From an uncultured virus (IMG/VR IMGVR_UViG_3300032255_000165) (taxonomy: Duplodnaviria; Heunggongvirae; Uroviricota; Caudoviricetes), in the IMG/VR virus record IMGVR_UViG_3300032255_000165: a stretch of DNA of 64,000 nucleotides; one strand, 5' to 3'. A model generated the notes under the pieces. That model made no database searches and was not told the DNA's origin. It was given only the letters and a program-made list of their open reading frames with translations. Position numbers and translations under genes: made by a program. How positions within the stretch are numbered: position 1 is the first letter of the stretch; each line of letters starts with the position of its first letter. Shown piece by piece: positions 1-8,924 of this stretch.

Positions 1-84
1 ATGTTTATTCAAGAGGTTGAATTTAAACATAGCAAAAAAGTCCAAAAAAAAATAGAAACAACAAACTATAAAGGCGAATTTTCA

Positions 85-381
85 ATGATCATAAGCAATC
101 ACCCAGAAGATATAAAATCCGCTATCAGAAAAAAAGGGGAAACTCTCGAATCCCTCTCAATCGAATGGGGCTACGATCCATGCGCGATTGCCACATGTTT
201 ATCTAGGCCATGGACTAACATACAAGAACTTGTCGCTAGTTTTTTAGAGACAACTCCTCAAACGCTTTGGCCTGAAAGATACCATCCAAACGGGAAGCCA
301 ATCTTTATTCACCATTTCAGATCAAAGAATATCAACTCGGTTAACAATTTCAATAGTCAAGAATCAATTATTTTTGACTAA
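85..381 (+). CDS. ner: Ner/Nlp-family HTH DNA-binding protein
   Basis: HPEDIKSAIRKKGETLESLS...LSRPW...TPQTLWPERY matches the Ner signature; start assumed at ATG 85. Confidence 0.85.
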   Translation: MIISNHPEDIKSAIRKKGETLESLSIEWGYDPCAIATCLSRPWTNIQELVASFLETTPQTLWPERYHPNGKPIFIHHFRSKNINSVNNFNSQESIIFD

Positions 382-470
382 ATGACCTGTTATGTGTTCA
401 TTTTTATACGCTCGAATAAACACATAACAGTGACATACGTTCCATTTCAAATTAAATAAGGAATACGGTT

Positions 471-965
471 ATGGTTAGGCGAATAATAAAAACTAAGGTG
501 CAAAAAAACCAACTTGATATGCTCACAATTCTTGAAGAAGGAATTGGCAATGATATTGTTGTACCAAATGTTATTGAAAAACAACCGGGCACATTTGATT
601 TTGATCAACGCATACGTTCATCTTTAAATAATGTAATCAAAAATTCTGTTTTTTCCCGCGCTCAAATAGCCGATCAATTAACCTCTTTGGTTGGCAGAGA
701 TGTTTCGGAATCAACACTAAATACTTACACGGGGAAAGGGCGGCCAAATCGCTTACCCGCTGATTTATTACCGGCATTGACTATGGTTTTAGGGCCTGAA
801 TTTTTGGCCGAAATCGCAAGTTGGGCAGGTTGCCAAATAGCAGAACGTCACGAAATGACAATGGCCCGAATAGGCCAGCTTTTTTTGATAACCAACGCGG
901 CCAAAAAAGAACAAGAACAATTAATTAAAGAAACCCCACTTTTCAGTGGTCAATCTAATGTCTGA
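471..965 (+). CDS. Mu-like early hypothetical/regulatory protein
   Basis: ORF with AAGGA RBS between ner and transposase; HTH-like SRAQIADQLT...VSESTLNTYT segment. Confidence 0.65.
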   Translation: MVRRIIKTKVQKNQLDMLTILEEGIGNDIVVPNVIEKQPGTFDFDQRIRSSLNNVIKNSVFSRAQIADQLTSLVGRDVSESTLNTYTGKGRPNRLPADLLPALTMVLGPEFLAEIASWAGCQIAERHEMTMARIGQLFLITNAAKKEQEQLIKETPLFSGQSNV

Positions 966-3105
966 TTGGATAACGGCTACGGCATTAGCCAAATTAGTGT
1001 TGCCGGGAATTCCCAAAACTACACAAGGAATAAAAAAACGTGCAAATAAAGGAGGCTGGCAAAGTCGCGCCCGAAAATCGGGCAAAGGTGGCGGCCTTGA
1101 ATACAATATAAATTCCCTGCCAACCGTTGCCAAAGATGATTTGTTTAGCCGTGCTATTAACGTGACAACAACAACCAAAACCCCGGCAAATAAAGTTTTA
1201 ATAACCGATATTATCAAACCCCAAAACGGTCTTACAAATTGGCAAAAAGATGTAATGCATGCACGTTTGTCAATTTTAAATTGGGTTGACCAAAACGCAA
1301 ATTCACACGGCCTTGACCGCGTAATAAAAACACTTGTGAAAGCCAGCCACGCAAACCGTTTACCGTTAGAATTATCGCCACTTGTCGCAATTGCTAACGC
1401 TAAATCAGGCAACCAATCAGGCTCGCCAAAAACATCATTATCACGAGCCACAATTTACCGGTGGATTAAAATTAAGCGTGAACAAAATAACAATGGTTTG
1501 GCTCCGGCCATACCTTGTGAAAAAGACTTTTCCGTACCAGTTTGGGCAACCCCACTTTTGGAACTTTATAGATCACCTAGCAAACCAAATTTGACCGCCG
1601 TATTGGCCGATTTACCCAAGCACATCGAACTTGCAAATGGCTATCCATCATATGACCAAGCAAAACGATTTTTAGATAAAATTTCAGAAGTCGATAAGAA
1701 CAAAGGGCGCATGGGGCCACAGTCATTAAAAGCATTAAAAGCATACACCACACGCACTACAGATAATCTTTGGCCCGGTGCTGTTTATACGGCCGATGGG
1801 CACACATTCAAAGCATCGGTTGAACACCCAATACATGGCCAACCATTCCGGCCTGAAATAACAACGGTTCTTGATGTTTACACACGTTATGCCGTCGGTT
1901 GGTCGATTGGATTGGCTGAAAATTCAATTGGTGTTTTAGAAGCTTTGTCCCACGCCATGATTAAAAAGGATGATGGCCGCAAATCGGCTGTTCCCGCAAT
2001 CTGGTACACGGACAATGGACGCGGTTTTAGGAATGATATGTTAGAAGGCCCCGGTGTCGGTTTTTATGACCGTTGGGGCATCACATTAAAAAATGCTTTG
2101 CCATATAATTCCCAAGCCCGTGGCCTTATCGAACGCTTTCAACAAGTGTGGGTAAAATCTGCAAGACAGTTGATAACGTATAAAGGCCGGGACATGGATA
2201 AAGAAGCCATCCGGTCCATTCAACGCATCACAAATAAAGCCATTGTTGCCGGTAACAAAGCACCGTTTGAATTACCATGGCAAAGTTTTAAAGAATTCAT
2301 CCAAGACACCATCGATAATTATAATAATACGCCGCATTCCGGTCTTCCAAAATTGCGGGATTCCGAAACATTAAAAACGCGCCACATGACCCCGTTTGAA
2401 GCATGGACTTTGTGGGAAAGTGAAGGCGGCCAAAACATCCAAATTGATGTCGCCGATGCCGCCGATTTATTCCGGCCGTACGAACGCCGAAAAGTGAGCC
2501 GTTGCCAAGTTCGGGTTTTATCACAAGTCTATTTTAGCCACGATCTTGACCCATACCATGGCCAAGATGTGCAAGTCGGTTATGACATCCATAATGGTGA
2601 CAAAGTGTGGGTGAAAGATTTTGAAGGTCGCCTATTGGCCATCGCTGAAATCGACGGAAACAGTAAGCCGTATTTTGATGATAGCGCATTGGGACAAGCA
2701 ACAAATTTACTTGAAATAAAACACCAACAACGAACAAAAGGCCGCTTGAACCGATTATCTAAAAAAATAGAAGAGGTTAATGCAGAAGCGGGCGGAATAT
2801 TGCCAATGAAACAGGCAGAAGTCACAGAAACACCATTAACAAATGATGAAATTTTAACCGCTGATAAAGAATTTTTGCGGTTAACCGAAATGTCAGAACC
2901 CATCACACCAGCCGTAACCCATAAAGGTGCGCGGCCAATTTTTAGTGATGAGATGACATGGGCAAAATGGCTGTCAATGAACAGTTCACTTGCCACCGAA
3001 GAAGATAAAGCCCGGCTACGAAAAGCACTCATGCAGCCGGGCTTTAAATCACTACTCGCACTTGAAGACGTGGCTGTCACCACCCTTCAAGAAATCGCAG
3101 CTTGA
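958..3105 (+). CDS. MuA-like DDE transposase
   Basis: N-terminal Mu DNA-binding domain (WQSRARKSGKGGGLEY); DDE residues in YTADGH, YTDNG, GLIERF; Mu transposase C-terminal domain. Confidence 0.95.
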   Translation: MSDWITATALAKLVLPGIPKTTQGIKKRANKGGWQSRARKSGKGGGLEYNINSLPTVAKDDLFSRAINVTTTTKTPANKVLITDIIKPQNGLTNWQKDVMHARLSILNWVDQNANSHGLDRVIKTLVKASHANRLPLELSPLVAIANAKSGNQSGSPKTSLSRATIYRWIKIKREQNNNGLAPAIPCEKDFSVPVWATPLLELYRSPSKPNLTAVLADLPKHIELANGYPSYDQAKRFLDKISEVDKNKGRMGPQSLKALKAYTTRTTDNLWPGAVYTADGHTFKASVEHPIHGQPFRPEITTVLDVYTRYAVGWSIGLAENSIGVLEALSHAMIKKDDGRKSAVPAIWYTDNGRGFRNDMLEGPGVGFYDRWGITLKNALPYNSQARGLIERFQQVWVKSARQLITYKGRDMDKEAIRSIQRITNKAIVAGNKAPFELPWQSFKEFIQDTIDNYNNTPHSGLPKLRDSETLKTRHMTPFEAWTLWESEGGQNIQIDVADAADLFRPYERRKVSRCQVRVLSQVYFSHDLDPYHGQDVQVGYDIHNGDKVWVKDFEGRLLAIAEIDGNSKPYFDDSALGQATNLLEIKHQQRTKGRLNRLSKKIEEVNAEAGGILPMKQAEVTETPLTNDEILTADKEFLRLTEMSEPITPAVTHKGARPIFSDEMTWAKWLSMNSSLATEEDKARLRKALMQPGFKSLLALEDVAVTTLQEIAA

Positions 3106-3123
3106 ACAAAAGGAACATAACAT

Positions 3124-3882
3124 ATGCGAAGCAATTTTGTGAAGACAGAAAATACAACAAGGTTTTTATCAGGACTCCAAGCCCTTCATAACCGTGGTGC
3201 AGAAGAAGCCTGTTTAATGATCGTAGATGGTGAAGTGGGTTTAGGTAAAACCCGAACCATTCATTGGTGGGCGACACAGCAAGAAAACGCTTACGTGCGC
3301 GCGAAAAAAGAATGGACACCGGTTTGGATGTTAAAAGATATATTACTAGCCGTTGGAAAAAAACCAGTAGGCCACAGGTTTGAAAAATTATTCAGACAAT
3401 GCTTAGAAGTTTTAACACAACGCGCAACAGAAGCCGAAGAAACCGGCACTATCTTTGCCGTGGCCATTGATGAAGTAGATCACATCACACGATCCCCACG
3501 GCTGTTGGAAAGTTTACGTGATTTATCGGATTTATTAGAAATTCCTTTTGTCTTGGTTGGCATGGGCCGGGTGCGTGACGACTTATCACGCTATCCACAA
3601 ATTTCCAGCCGCATTGCCCAAGTCATCGAATTTAAAAAAATCACGATCACCGACGCGGCCGCCTTGGCCACTGGATTGTGTGAAGTTGAAATTGGTGATG
3701 GCCTTTTGAATTTATTATTGAAATCATCCAAAGGATTAACCCGTGAATTCAAAGAAGGATTAAACAACATCGAACGTTTTGGTGTGATGAATAATTTGGA
3801 TATGGTCACAATTAAAAACATGACCGGTCAAATTTTAATGAACAACCGCCACAGCAACCGCGCTGTGAAAGTGCAAGGGTGA
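3124..3882 (+). CDS. MuB-like AAA+ transposition ATPase
   Basis: Walker A GEVGLGKT, Walker B AIDEVD; directly follows the transposase. Confidence 0.9.
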   Translation: MRSNFVKTENTTRFLSGLQALHNRGAEEACLMIVDGEVGLGKTRTIHWWATQQENAYVRAKKEWTPVWMLKDILLAVGKKPVGHRFEKLFRQCLEVLTQRATEAEETGTIFAVAIDEVDHITRSPRLLESLRDLSDLLEIPFVLVGMGRVRDDLSRYPQISSRIAQVIEFKKITITDAAALATGLCEVEIGDGLLNLLLKSSKGLTREFKEGLNNIERFGVMNNLDMVTIKNMTGQILMNNRHSNRAVKVQG

Positions 3883-4499
3883 TGGCCATGACAGGTATAG
3901 CAAATTTACAACAAACCGTTTTAAAAGCCATCAATGATAATGCCGATAATTCAGAAATGAATTTAGCAGATTTGGCTATTAAAACCGGCCTTTCACATCG
4001 CAAAGTTTCAAACGGCGCGTGCAAACTCATTACAAGGAGTTTTATTATTCGTGCTAATAAAGGCTGTTATCAAATAACCTTGGCCGGTAAAAAAGCGGTT
4101 CTTGACGGAACCGTATTAAAAAGTGGACCACAAAAAAAATTAACCCAATCAAAACCACGCCGACCAAAAAAAGAAACATTCCGTGATCGGTTATGGCGGG
4201 CCATGCGTATTCATTATGCCGCTGGTAAAAAATTTACAATTCCTGATCTTGTAGGACTTGCCAGCAAGGGCGATGAAAAAGACCCGGCCGAAAACACACG
4301 TAAATTTATTCGTACATTGATTTACGGTGGTTTTATCAAAGAAATGCCTCGCCGTGGGAAAGGTTCCGCGCTCACATCAAACGGTTTTAAACGATTTATG
4401 ATGGTCAAAGATACGGGCCGCTTGGCCCCAATCCACCGGCCATCAAAAAAAGAAACCTATGACCCAAATACTGATGAGGTTTTCCCATGGATTGGCTGA
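3879..4499 (+). CDS. winged-helix DNA-binding hypothetical protein
   Basis: wHTH-like N-terminus; overlapping start/stop in early operon. Confidence 0.65.
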   Translation: MMAMTGIANLQQTVLKAINDNADNSEMNLADLAIKTGLSHRKVSNGACKLITRSFIIRANKGCYQITLAGKKAVLDGTVLKSGPQKKLTQSKPRRPKKETFRDRLWRAMRIHYAAGKKFTIPDLVGLASKGDEKDPAENTRKFIRTLIYGGFIKEMPRRGKGSALTSNGFKRFMMVKDTGRLAPIHRPSKKETYDPNTDEVFPWIG

Positions 4500-4828
4500 A
4501 CATTTTAAAAACCGAATTGGAAAACGGCAAATCGATTGCACAGGTGGGCCGAGAAATCGGTTATTCACGCACCGCCGTGTCTTTGGCAATAAAAGGAAAC
4601 TACCCCGGCGGAACTAAAAAAATAGCCACCGCTACTTTGGCCAAATACACCAACCGATTGATGTGCCCACACATGGGCACCGCCATCACATTCATTGAAT
4701 GCCGCGCCTTTGCTGCCAAATCCATGCCGACCAGCTCCCCCCGGGAATTAAAACATTGGTCCGCCTGTAAACGTTGCACAAAAAAAACAGCAAATGACGC
4801 AACACAGCCTTTAGAAAGGATTGCTTAA
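4487..4828 (+). CDS. HTH protein with Cys-rich C-terminus
   Basis: SIAQVGREIGYSRTAVSLAIKGNYPG HTH; CPH...C...CKRC. Confidence 0.7.
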   Translation: MDWLNILKTELENGKSIAQVGREIGYSRTAVSLAIKGNYPGGTKKIATATLAKYTNRLMCPHMGTAITFIECRAFAAKSMPTSSPRELKHWSACKRCTKKTANDATQPLERIA

Positions 4829-4829
4829 A

Positions 4830-5198
4830 ATGACAATTATAAATCTCACCTTGCAACTTCAAAACATTGCCCAAGATATTAGAAATGCCCACGCCGCCGG
4901 GAAACATTTAACCTCTCACAATTTTTCGATTATTTATGAACAATTTTGTTTATTGGGACGTGCCGCCAAAAAAAACAATATATCCCAAGAAACAAATAAA
5001 AAAATTCAGGGCATTTGCGAAAATATTTTGAGTTACGAATACGAATGTGTTCATGGTCGCCCTGAAACCATTGACTTAAACATCTTGGCAAACTCAATTA
5101 CGGTCACGGTCCAAGCCATTGCCCAAGAAATATCATCATCCCAACCCAACCCGGACAATTCCATATTAACACCATCCAATGGCGGTGATGTGTCATGA
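4830..5198 (+). CDS. hypothetical protein
   Basis: ORF with GAAAGGA RBS in early operon. Confidence 0.6.
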   Translation: MTIINLTLQLQNIAQDIRNAHAAGKHLTSHNFSIIYEQFCLLGRAAKKNNISQETNKKIQGICENILSYEYECVHGRPETIDLNILANSITVTVQAIAQEISSSQPNPDNSILTPSNGGDVS

Positions 5199-5320
5199 CC
5201 GATTATTCACGCATTCTACTTGGTGGCTGCATTACGCCACCGCCTAAACGACCATTAAAAATCCGCATCCAGCGTTTTTTTAAAAAAATAAAAACCAACT
5301 TGAACATGAAATGGATATAA
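5195..5320 (+). CDS. small hypothetical protein (41 aa, MTDYSRILLGG...)
   Basis: ATGA overlap with the upstream stop; fills the gap to the next gene; not in the ORF track. Confidence 0.45.
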   Translation: MTDYSRILLGGCITPPPKRPLKIRIQRFFKKIKTNLNMKWI

Positions 5321-5324
5321 TATA

Positions 5325-5987
5325 ATGCCAAATACAGACCCACAACAAATTCCAAAAGGCTACGTTAAAAATGCCGCTGGCCATTTAATTCCCCGCGATA
5401 AAGTCAAACCCGGCGACATGGCCATGGATAAACTGGTCAAAGGTTTAGTCAATAAGGCTAAAAAAACATCATCGGCATTGTCCGAATTTAAAAGCTTGGC
5501 CTTTGATGACATTCAAGATTTCTTGGATAAAGCCGCCGCCGAATATGGCGTTAAATTGGGTGGCCAAGGTGGAAACGTCACATTGGTTTCATTCGATGGC
5601 GAATACCAAATTAAACGCCAAGTTTCAAAAAGCCTATCATTTAACCATCACCTACAAACGGCTAAATCATTAATTGATGAATGTATTTTGGTGTGGTCAA
5701 AAGGATCAAATAAAAACATTCAAGTATTAGTTCAAGACGCCTTTCAAACCGATAAAGAAGGCAATGTAAACACGACCCGCATTCTTGGATTACGCAAACT
5801 CAACATTGATGATGCAAAATGGGAAATGGCTATGAAAGCCATCGCTGACAGCATGCACGTTACCGGCACTAAATCGTATATCCGGGTTTATCAACGTGAC
5901 GCCCAAGGCCACTATCAACCCATTTCCTTGGATGTGGCCGCCGTACCGTTAAAAGCCGCTAACGACCAATCAACCGAAGCGGCATAA
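5325..5987 (+). CDS. DUF3164-family protein of Mu-like phages
   Basis: GNVTLVSFDG, AKSLIDECI, AFQTDKEG, WEMAMKAIADS, KSYIRVYQR motifs. Confidence 0.85.
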   Translation: MPNTDPQQIPKGYVKNAAGHLIPRDKVKPGDMAMDKLVKGLVNKAKKTSSALSEFKSLAFDDIQDFLDKAAAEYGVKLGGQGGNVTLVSFDGEYQIKRQVSKSLSFNHHLQTAKSLIDECILVWSKGSNKNIQVLVQDAFQTDKEGNVNTTRILGLRKLNIDDAKWEMAMKAIADSMHVTGTKSYIRVYQRDAQGHYQPISLDVAAVPLKAANDQSTEAA

Positions 5988-6098
5988 AGTTTGACGCCCG
6001 CGTAATACTGCAACGCGGCCTTAACTCCCACCGTTTTGTTAAAATGCTCGGGCGTCATTTTTTAAATCATTTGAAAGACGAACCATGATCAGTAACCC

Positions 6099-6950
6099 AT
6101 GACTAATAAACTTAAAGTACTTGATTTGTTTTCTGGCATTGGTGGTTTCAGCCGCGGCCTTGAAATGACAGGCGGGTTTGAAACTGTCGCATTTTGCGAA
6201 ATTGAAGACAGGCACTGCAACGTTTTAAAAAAACATTGGCCTGATGTGCACGTTTACAAAGATGTTAGGAAATTAAATGGTAAAAAAATCATCAAGAACC
6301 ACGGCCCAATTGACCTTGTTTGCGGGGGATACCCATGCCAACCCTTTAGTTTTTCCGGGAACCGATCGGGCACGGATGATGACCGGAACCTCTGGCCAGA
6401 AATGTTGCGGATCGTGGCTTCCACAAGGCCCGGTTGGGTTATTGCTGAAAACGTTGCTGGTCACGTCACCTTGGGCCTCGACGAAGTGCTTTCTGACTTG
6501 GAAAGTGAGGACTACACCGCAGCACCGATTATTATACCAGCTTGTGCCGTCGATGCCCCGCAACGAAGGGATAGGGTCTGGATTGTGGCAAACGATAACC
6601 GTAAGCACGGCCTATCACCCAGCATCAATAAAGCACAAAGCGCATCAACAGTTAAAATTGTCACAACAAGTAAACAATCCACACTTATGGCCAGCACCAA
6701 CCGCCAACGAAGACGCGGCGGGAACTCCAAATGGGAAAATGCAAAAAATGTTGGGCAATCACCCATATATTCGAGGAACAACACCAGAAGAATGGAAATG
6801 TGGAAGCCTGAACCCCCGGTGGGTCGAGTGGCTAATGGGATACCCGGACGGGTGGACCGACTCAAGCAATTAGGGAATGCCGTTGTTCCGCAAATACCCG
6901 AACAACTTGGTAAAGTTATTCTTGAAATAATAAATTGGAAAGCAGCATGA
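6099..6950 (+). CDS. C5 cytosine DNA methyltransferase, alpha polypeptide
   Basis: Motif I DLFSGIGG, IV GGYPCQPFS, VI ENV, VIII PQRRDRVWIV, X LKQLGNAVVP; motif IX not evident in this frame. Confidence 0.92.
   Translation: MTNKLKVLDLFSGIGGFSRGLEMTGGFETVAFCEIEDRHCNVLKKHWPDVHVYKDVRKLNGKKIIKNHGPIDLVCGGYPCQPFSFSGNRSGTDDDRNLWPEMLRIVASTRPGWVIAENVAGHVTLGLDEVLSDLESEDYTAAPIIIPACAVDAPQRRDRVWIVANDNRKHGLSPSINKAQSASTVKIVTTSKQSTLMASTNRQRRRGGNSKWENAKNVGQSPIYSRNNTRRMEMWKPEPPVGRVANGIPGRVDRLKQLGNAVVPQIPEQLGKVILEIINWKAA
6277..6873 (+). CDS. nested alternative-frame beta polypeptide of the methyltransferase (M.EcoHK31I-like)
   Basis: 198-aa +1-frame ORF with AGGA RBS 6 nt before the ATG; ends in LNPRWVEWLMGYPDGWT (motif IX-like). 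Confidence 0.75.
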   Translation: MVKKSSRTTAQLTLFAGDTHANPLVFPGTDRARMMTGTSGQKCCGSWLPQGPVGLLLKTLLVTSPWASTKCFLTWKVRTTPQHRLLYQLVPSMPRNEGIGSGLWQTITVSTAYHPASIKHKAHQQLKLSQQVNNPHLWPAPTANEDAAGTPNGKMQKMLGNHPYIRGTTPEEWKCGSLNPRWVEWLMGYPDGWTDSSN

Positions 6951-7360
6951 CAAAACGTAACAGCCTATTAGCGCAAATTCACATTGCCAAAAAAGAATTA
7001 AATATGGATGATGGTGATTACCGGGCGTTCATCAATCGCCATACCGGCAAATCATCGGCCGGGGCACTGAACGAAAAACAATTACATGCGTTGCTTGACG
7101 CTTTTAAAAATCATGGGTTTAAACCAAAATCCAAAAACACATTTAAACCAAAATCTAATAAACCATATGTGCGGTTGATTTATGTTCTCTGGAAAAAACT
7201 TTCTGATGCCAACGTCACCCATAAAACCGGATTAAACAAATTTGTTAAAAGCCAAATCGGTGTTGATTCCGTTGAATGGTTGGACAATTCCCAATGCCAG
7301 CAAATTATCGAAGCCCTGAAAAAATGGGCAAAAAGGAAGGATGTGTCCCTTGCCAAATGA
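6947..7360 (+). CDS. gemA: GemA (Mu gp16, DUF1018) family protein
   Basis: LAQIHIAKKELNMDDGDYR...TGKSS...LW...QIIEALKKW; ATGA-coupled to the methyltransferase. Confidence 0.88.
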   Translation: MTKRNSLLAQIHIAKKELNMDDGDYRAFINRHTGKSSAGALNEKQLHALLDAFKNHGFKPKSKNTFKPKSNKPYVRLIYVLWKKLSDANVTHKTGLNKFVKSQIGVDSVEWLDNSQCQQIIEALKKWAKRKDVSLAK

Positions 7361-7739
7361 TAATGATAACGATAAACAGCTAACGGATTCTATTCGTGAC
7401 GTTAGCGAACTTTGTGGCGTTCAGTTGGCGGCCGCGCTGGTTAAACATTTTGGCGGCACACGTCTTTATTGCCCGGCAAATTTAAAAGATCATCATGCCG
7501 TTGTAAAAAAACTTGGACATGATCAAGCCAAACTATTAGTTTCCACATTTGGCGGCATGGAATTGGATGTGCCGATGCATTTATTTAACGAACAAACCGC
7601 CCGCCGCAAACTGGTTATAAAATTGCGCGGTAAATCCATGACTATTGCTTATATCGCCCGCACCGCTAAATGTACGGAACGCCGCGTTCACCAAATTTTG
7701 GGCAATGAAAAGAAAAAATCGCAAAACTCGCTTTTTTAA
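7341..7739 (+). CDS. Mor/C-family late transcription activator
   Basis: LVKHFGGTRLYCP motif; C-terminal HTH (IARTAKCTERRVHQIL); position before lysis genes. Confidence 0.82.
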   Translation: MCPLPNDNDNDKQLTDSIRDVSELCGVQLAAALVKHFGGTRLYCPANLKDHHAVVKKLGHDQAKLLVSTFGGMELDVPMHLFNEQTARRKLVIKLRGKSMTIAYIARTAKCTERRVHQILGNEKKKSQNSLF

Positions 7740-7753
7740 TTTGCCGCCAACTG

Positions 7754-7770
7754 TTTCCCTGAATCCTTCC
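7754..7770 (+). promoter_or_regulatory. putative Mor/C activator site of the lysis promoter
   Basis: TTTCCCTGAA-nnn-TTC, also found at 15504 before the protease/capsid operon. Confidence 0.55.
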
Positions 7771-7833
7771 CATAACTCAAATCCTGAACAATTGGCATTC
7801 TTTCTTGGTTATTAAAACAACCGGGAAAAAATC

Positions 7834-8406
7834 ATGGATGACCAAGACCGCTGGCAATTTGCCGCTGATAAATTACTTAAAAACGAAGGCGGGAAAACCG
7901 TTGATCATGCTGGCCCTACAAATATGGGTGTCACGTTGCGATTTTTAATTGGTGAAAGCACCGATGACACCGACAATGACGGTTTTCTTGATGGTGATTA
8001 TGACCAAGACGGTGATGTGGACCAAGACGATTTAAATGTCATGACCGCCAAACAAGCCTTGGATTTATACAAGCGCACATTTTGGGACCGCTACAAAACC
8101 AACACCATCCACACGGATAAATATGTGTGCGCAAAAGTTTTTGACTTAGCCGTTAATTGTGGCCCGCGCCAAGCCCATAAATTATTGCAACGTGCCGCCC
8201 GTGCCGCCCACATCGACAATGCAAATTTGATTGATGACGGTCTTATTGGCCCGCAATCATTAACTGCCATCGGCCGTGCTGATGGGGCCGTTTTGTTGGC
8301 CGCATTACGGTGTGAAGCAGCCGGGTTTTACCGTCTTTTGGTATCAAAAAAACCTGATTTAAAAATCTTTATTAAAGGGTGGCTACGGAGGGCCTATGAA
8401 TTATGA
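7834..8406 (+). CDS. endolysin, glycoside hydrolase 108 with PG-binding domain
   Basis: NEGG...GPTNMGVT, FDLAVNCGP, DGLIGPQSL, FIKGWLRR. Confidence 0.88.
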   Translation: MDDQDRWQFAADKLLKNEGGKTVDHAGPTNMGVTLRFLIGESTDDTDNDGFLDGDYDQDGDVDQDDLNVMTAKQALDLYKRTFWDRYKTNTIHTDKYVCAKVFDLAVNCGPRQAHKLLQRAARAAHIDNANLIDDGLIGPQSLTAIGRADGAVLLAALRCEAAGFYRLLVSKKPDLKIFIKGWLRRAYEL

Positions 8407-8924
8407 TCAAACATTTCCGCCTTTTATTTATTAGTTTTACATTGCTGACCGTCACCGCTTTGGGTGCCTGTTCTCAAGTTCAACGAACAGCGTTTGGAAC
8501 CGCTGAAACGCAAGAATTACGCGCTTACCGTATCATGGCCATTTATACAGGGTTGGCGACATTGGCCAAAAATGATGGTTTAAAAACGTTAGATGATATC
8601 GCTTATCAAAAAGTTTTACGTGTTGTTAAATTCAAAGAACTATCAAGCCCCGCCTTTGAAAAATCCATGAGCAAAGCGGCTACATCTTTGCGTGTTTATG
8701 CGGTGGGGGCCAGTTTCGACATTCCTTTACAACTGGATATGTTGTCCATCGCCATCAAAATTGCCGTAGCTGATACCCGCATTGTCAAACAATCATTGAC
8801 CATTCGCCGTAAAATAAATGCGCTTAATAACGCCGGGCGTGATCCAACGCCCGATGAATGGGAAGACTTACAATCCGAAGCCTTGTCCATCCACCAATTT
8901 ATCCAAGGCGATGGTGGGAACTAA
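8403..8924 (+). CDS. lipoprotein in lysis cassette
   Basis: Signal peptide with lipobox LGAC. Confidence 0.7.
   Translation: MIKHFRLLFISFTLLTVTALGACSQVQRTAFGTAETQELRAYRIMAIYTGLATLAKNDGLKTLDDIAYQKVLRVVKFKELSSPAFEKSMSKAATSLRVYAVGASFDIPLQLDMLSIAIKIAVADTRIVKQSLTIRRKINALNNAGRDPTPDEWEDLQSEALSIHQFIQGDGGN

Noticed and set aside
921..3083. Long antisense ORFs over the transposase, and similar ones across both prophages
   Set aside because: Shadow frames of well-supported genes, without RBS or motifs
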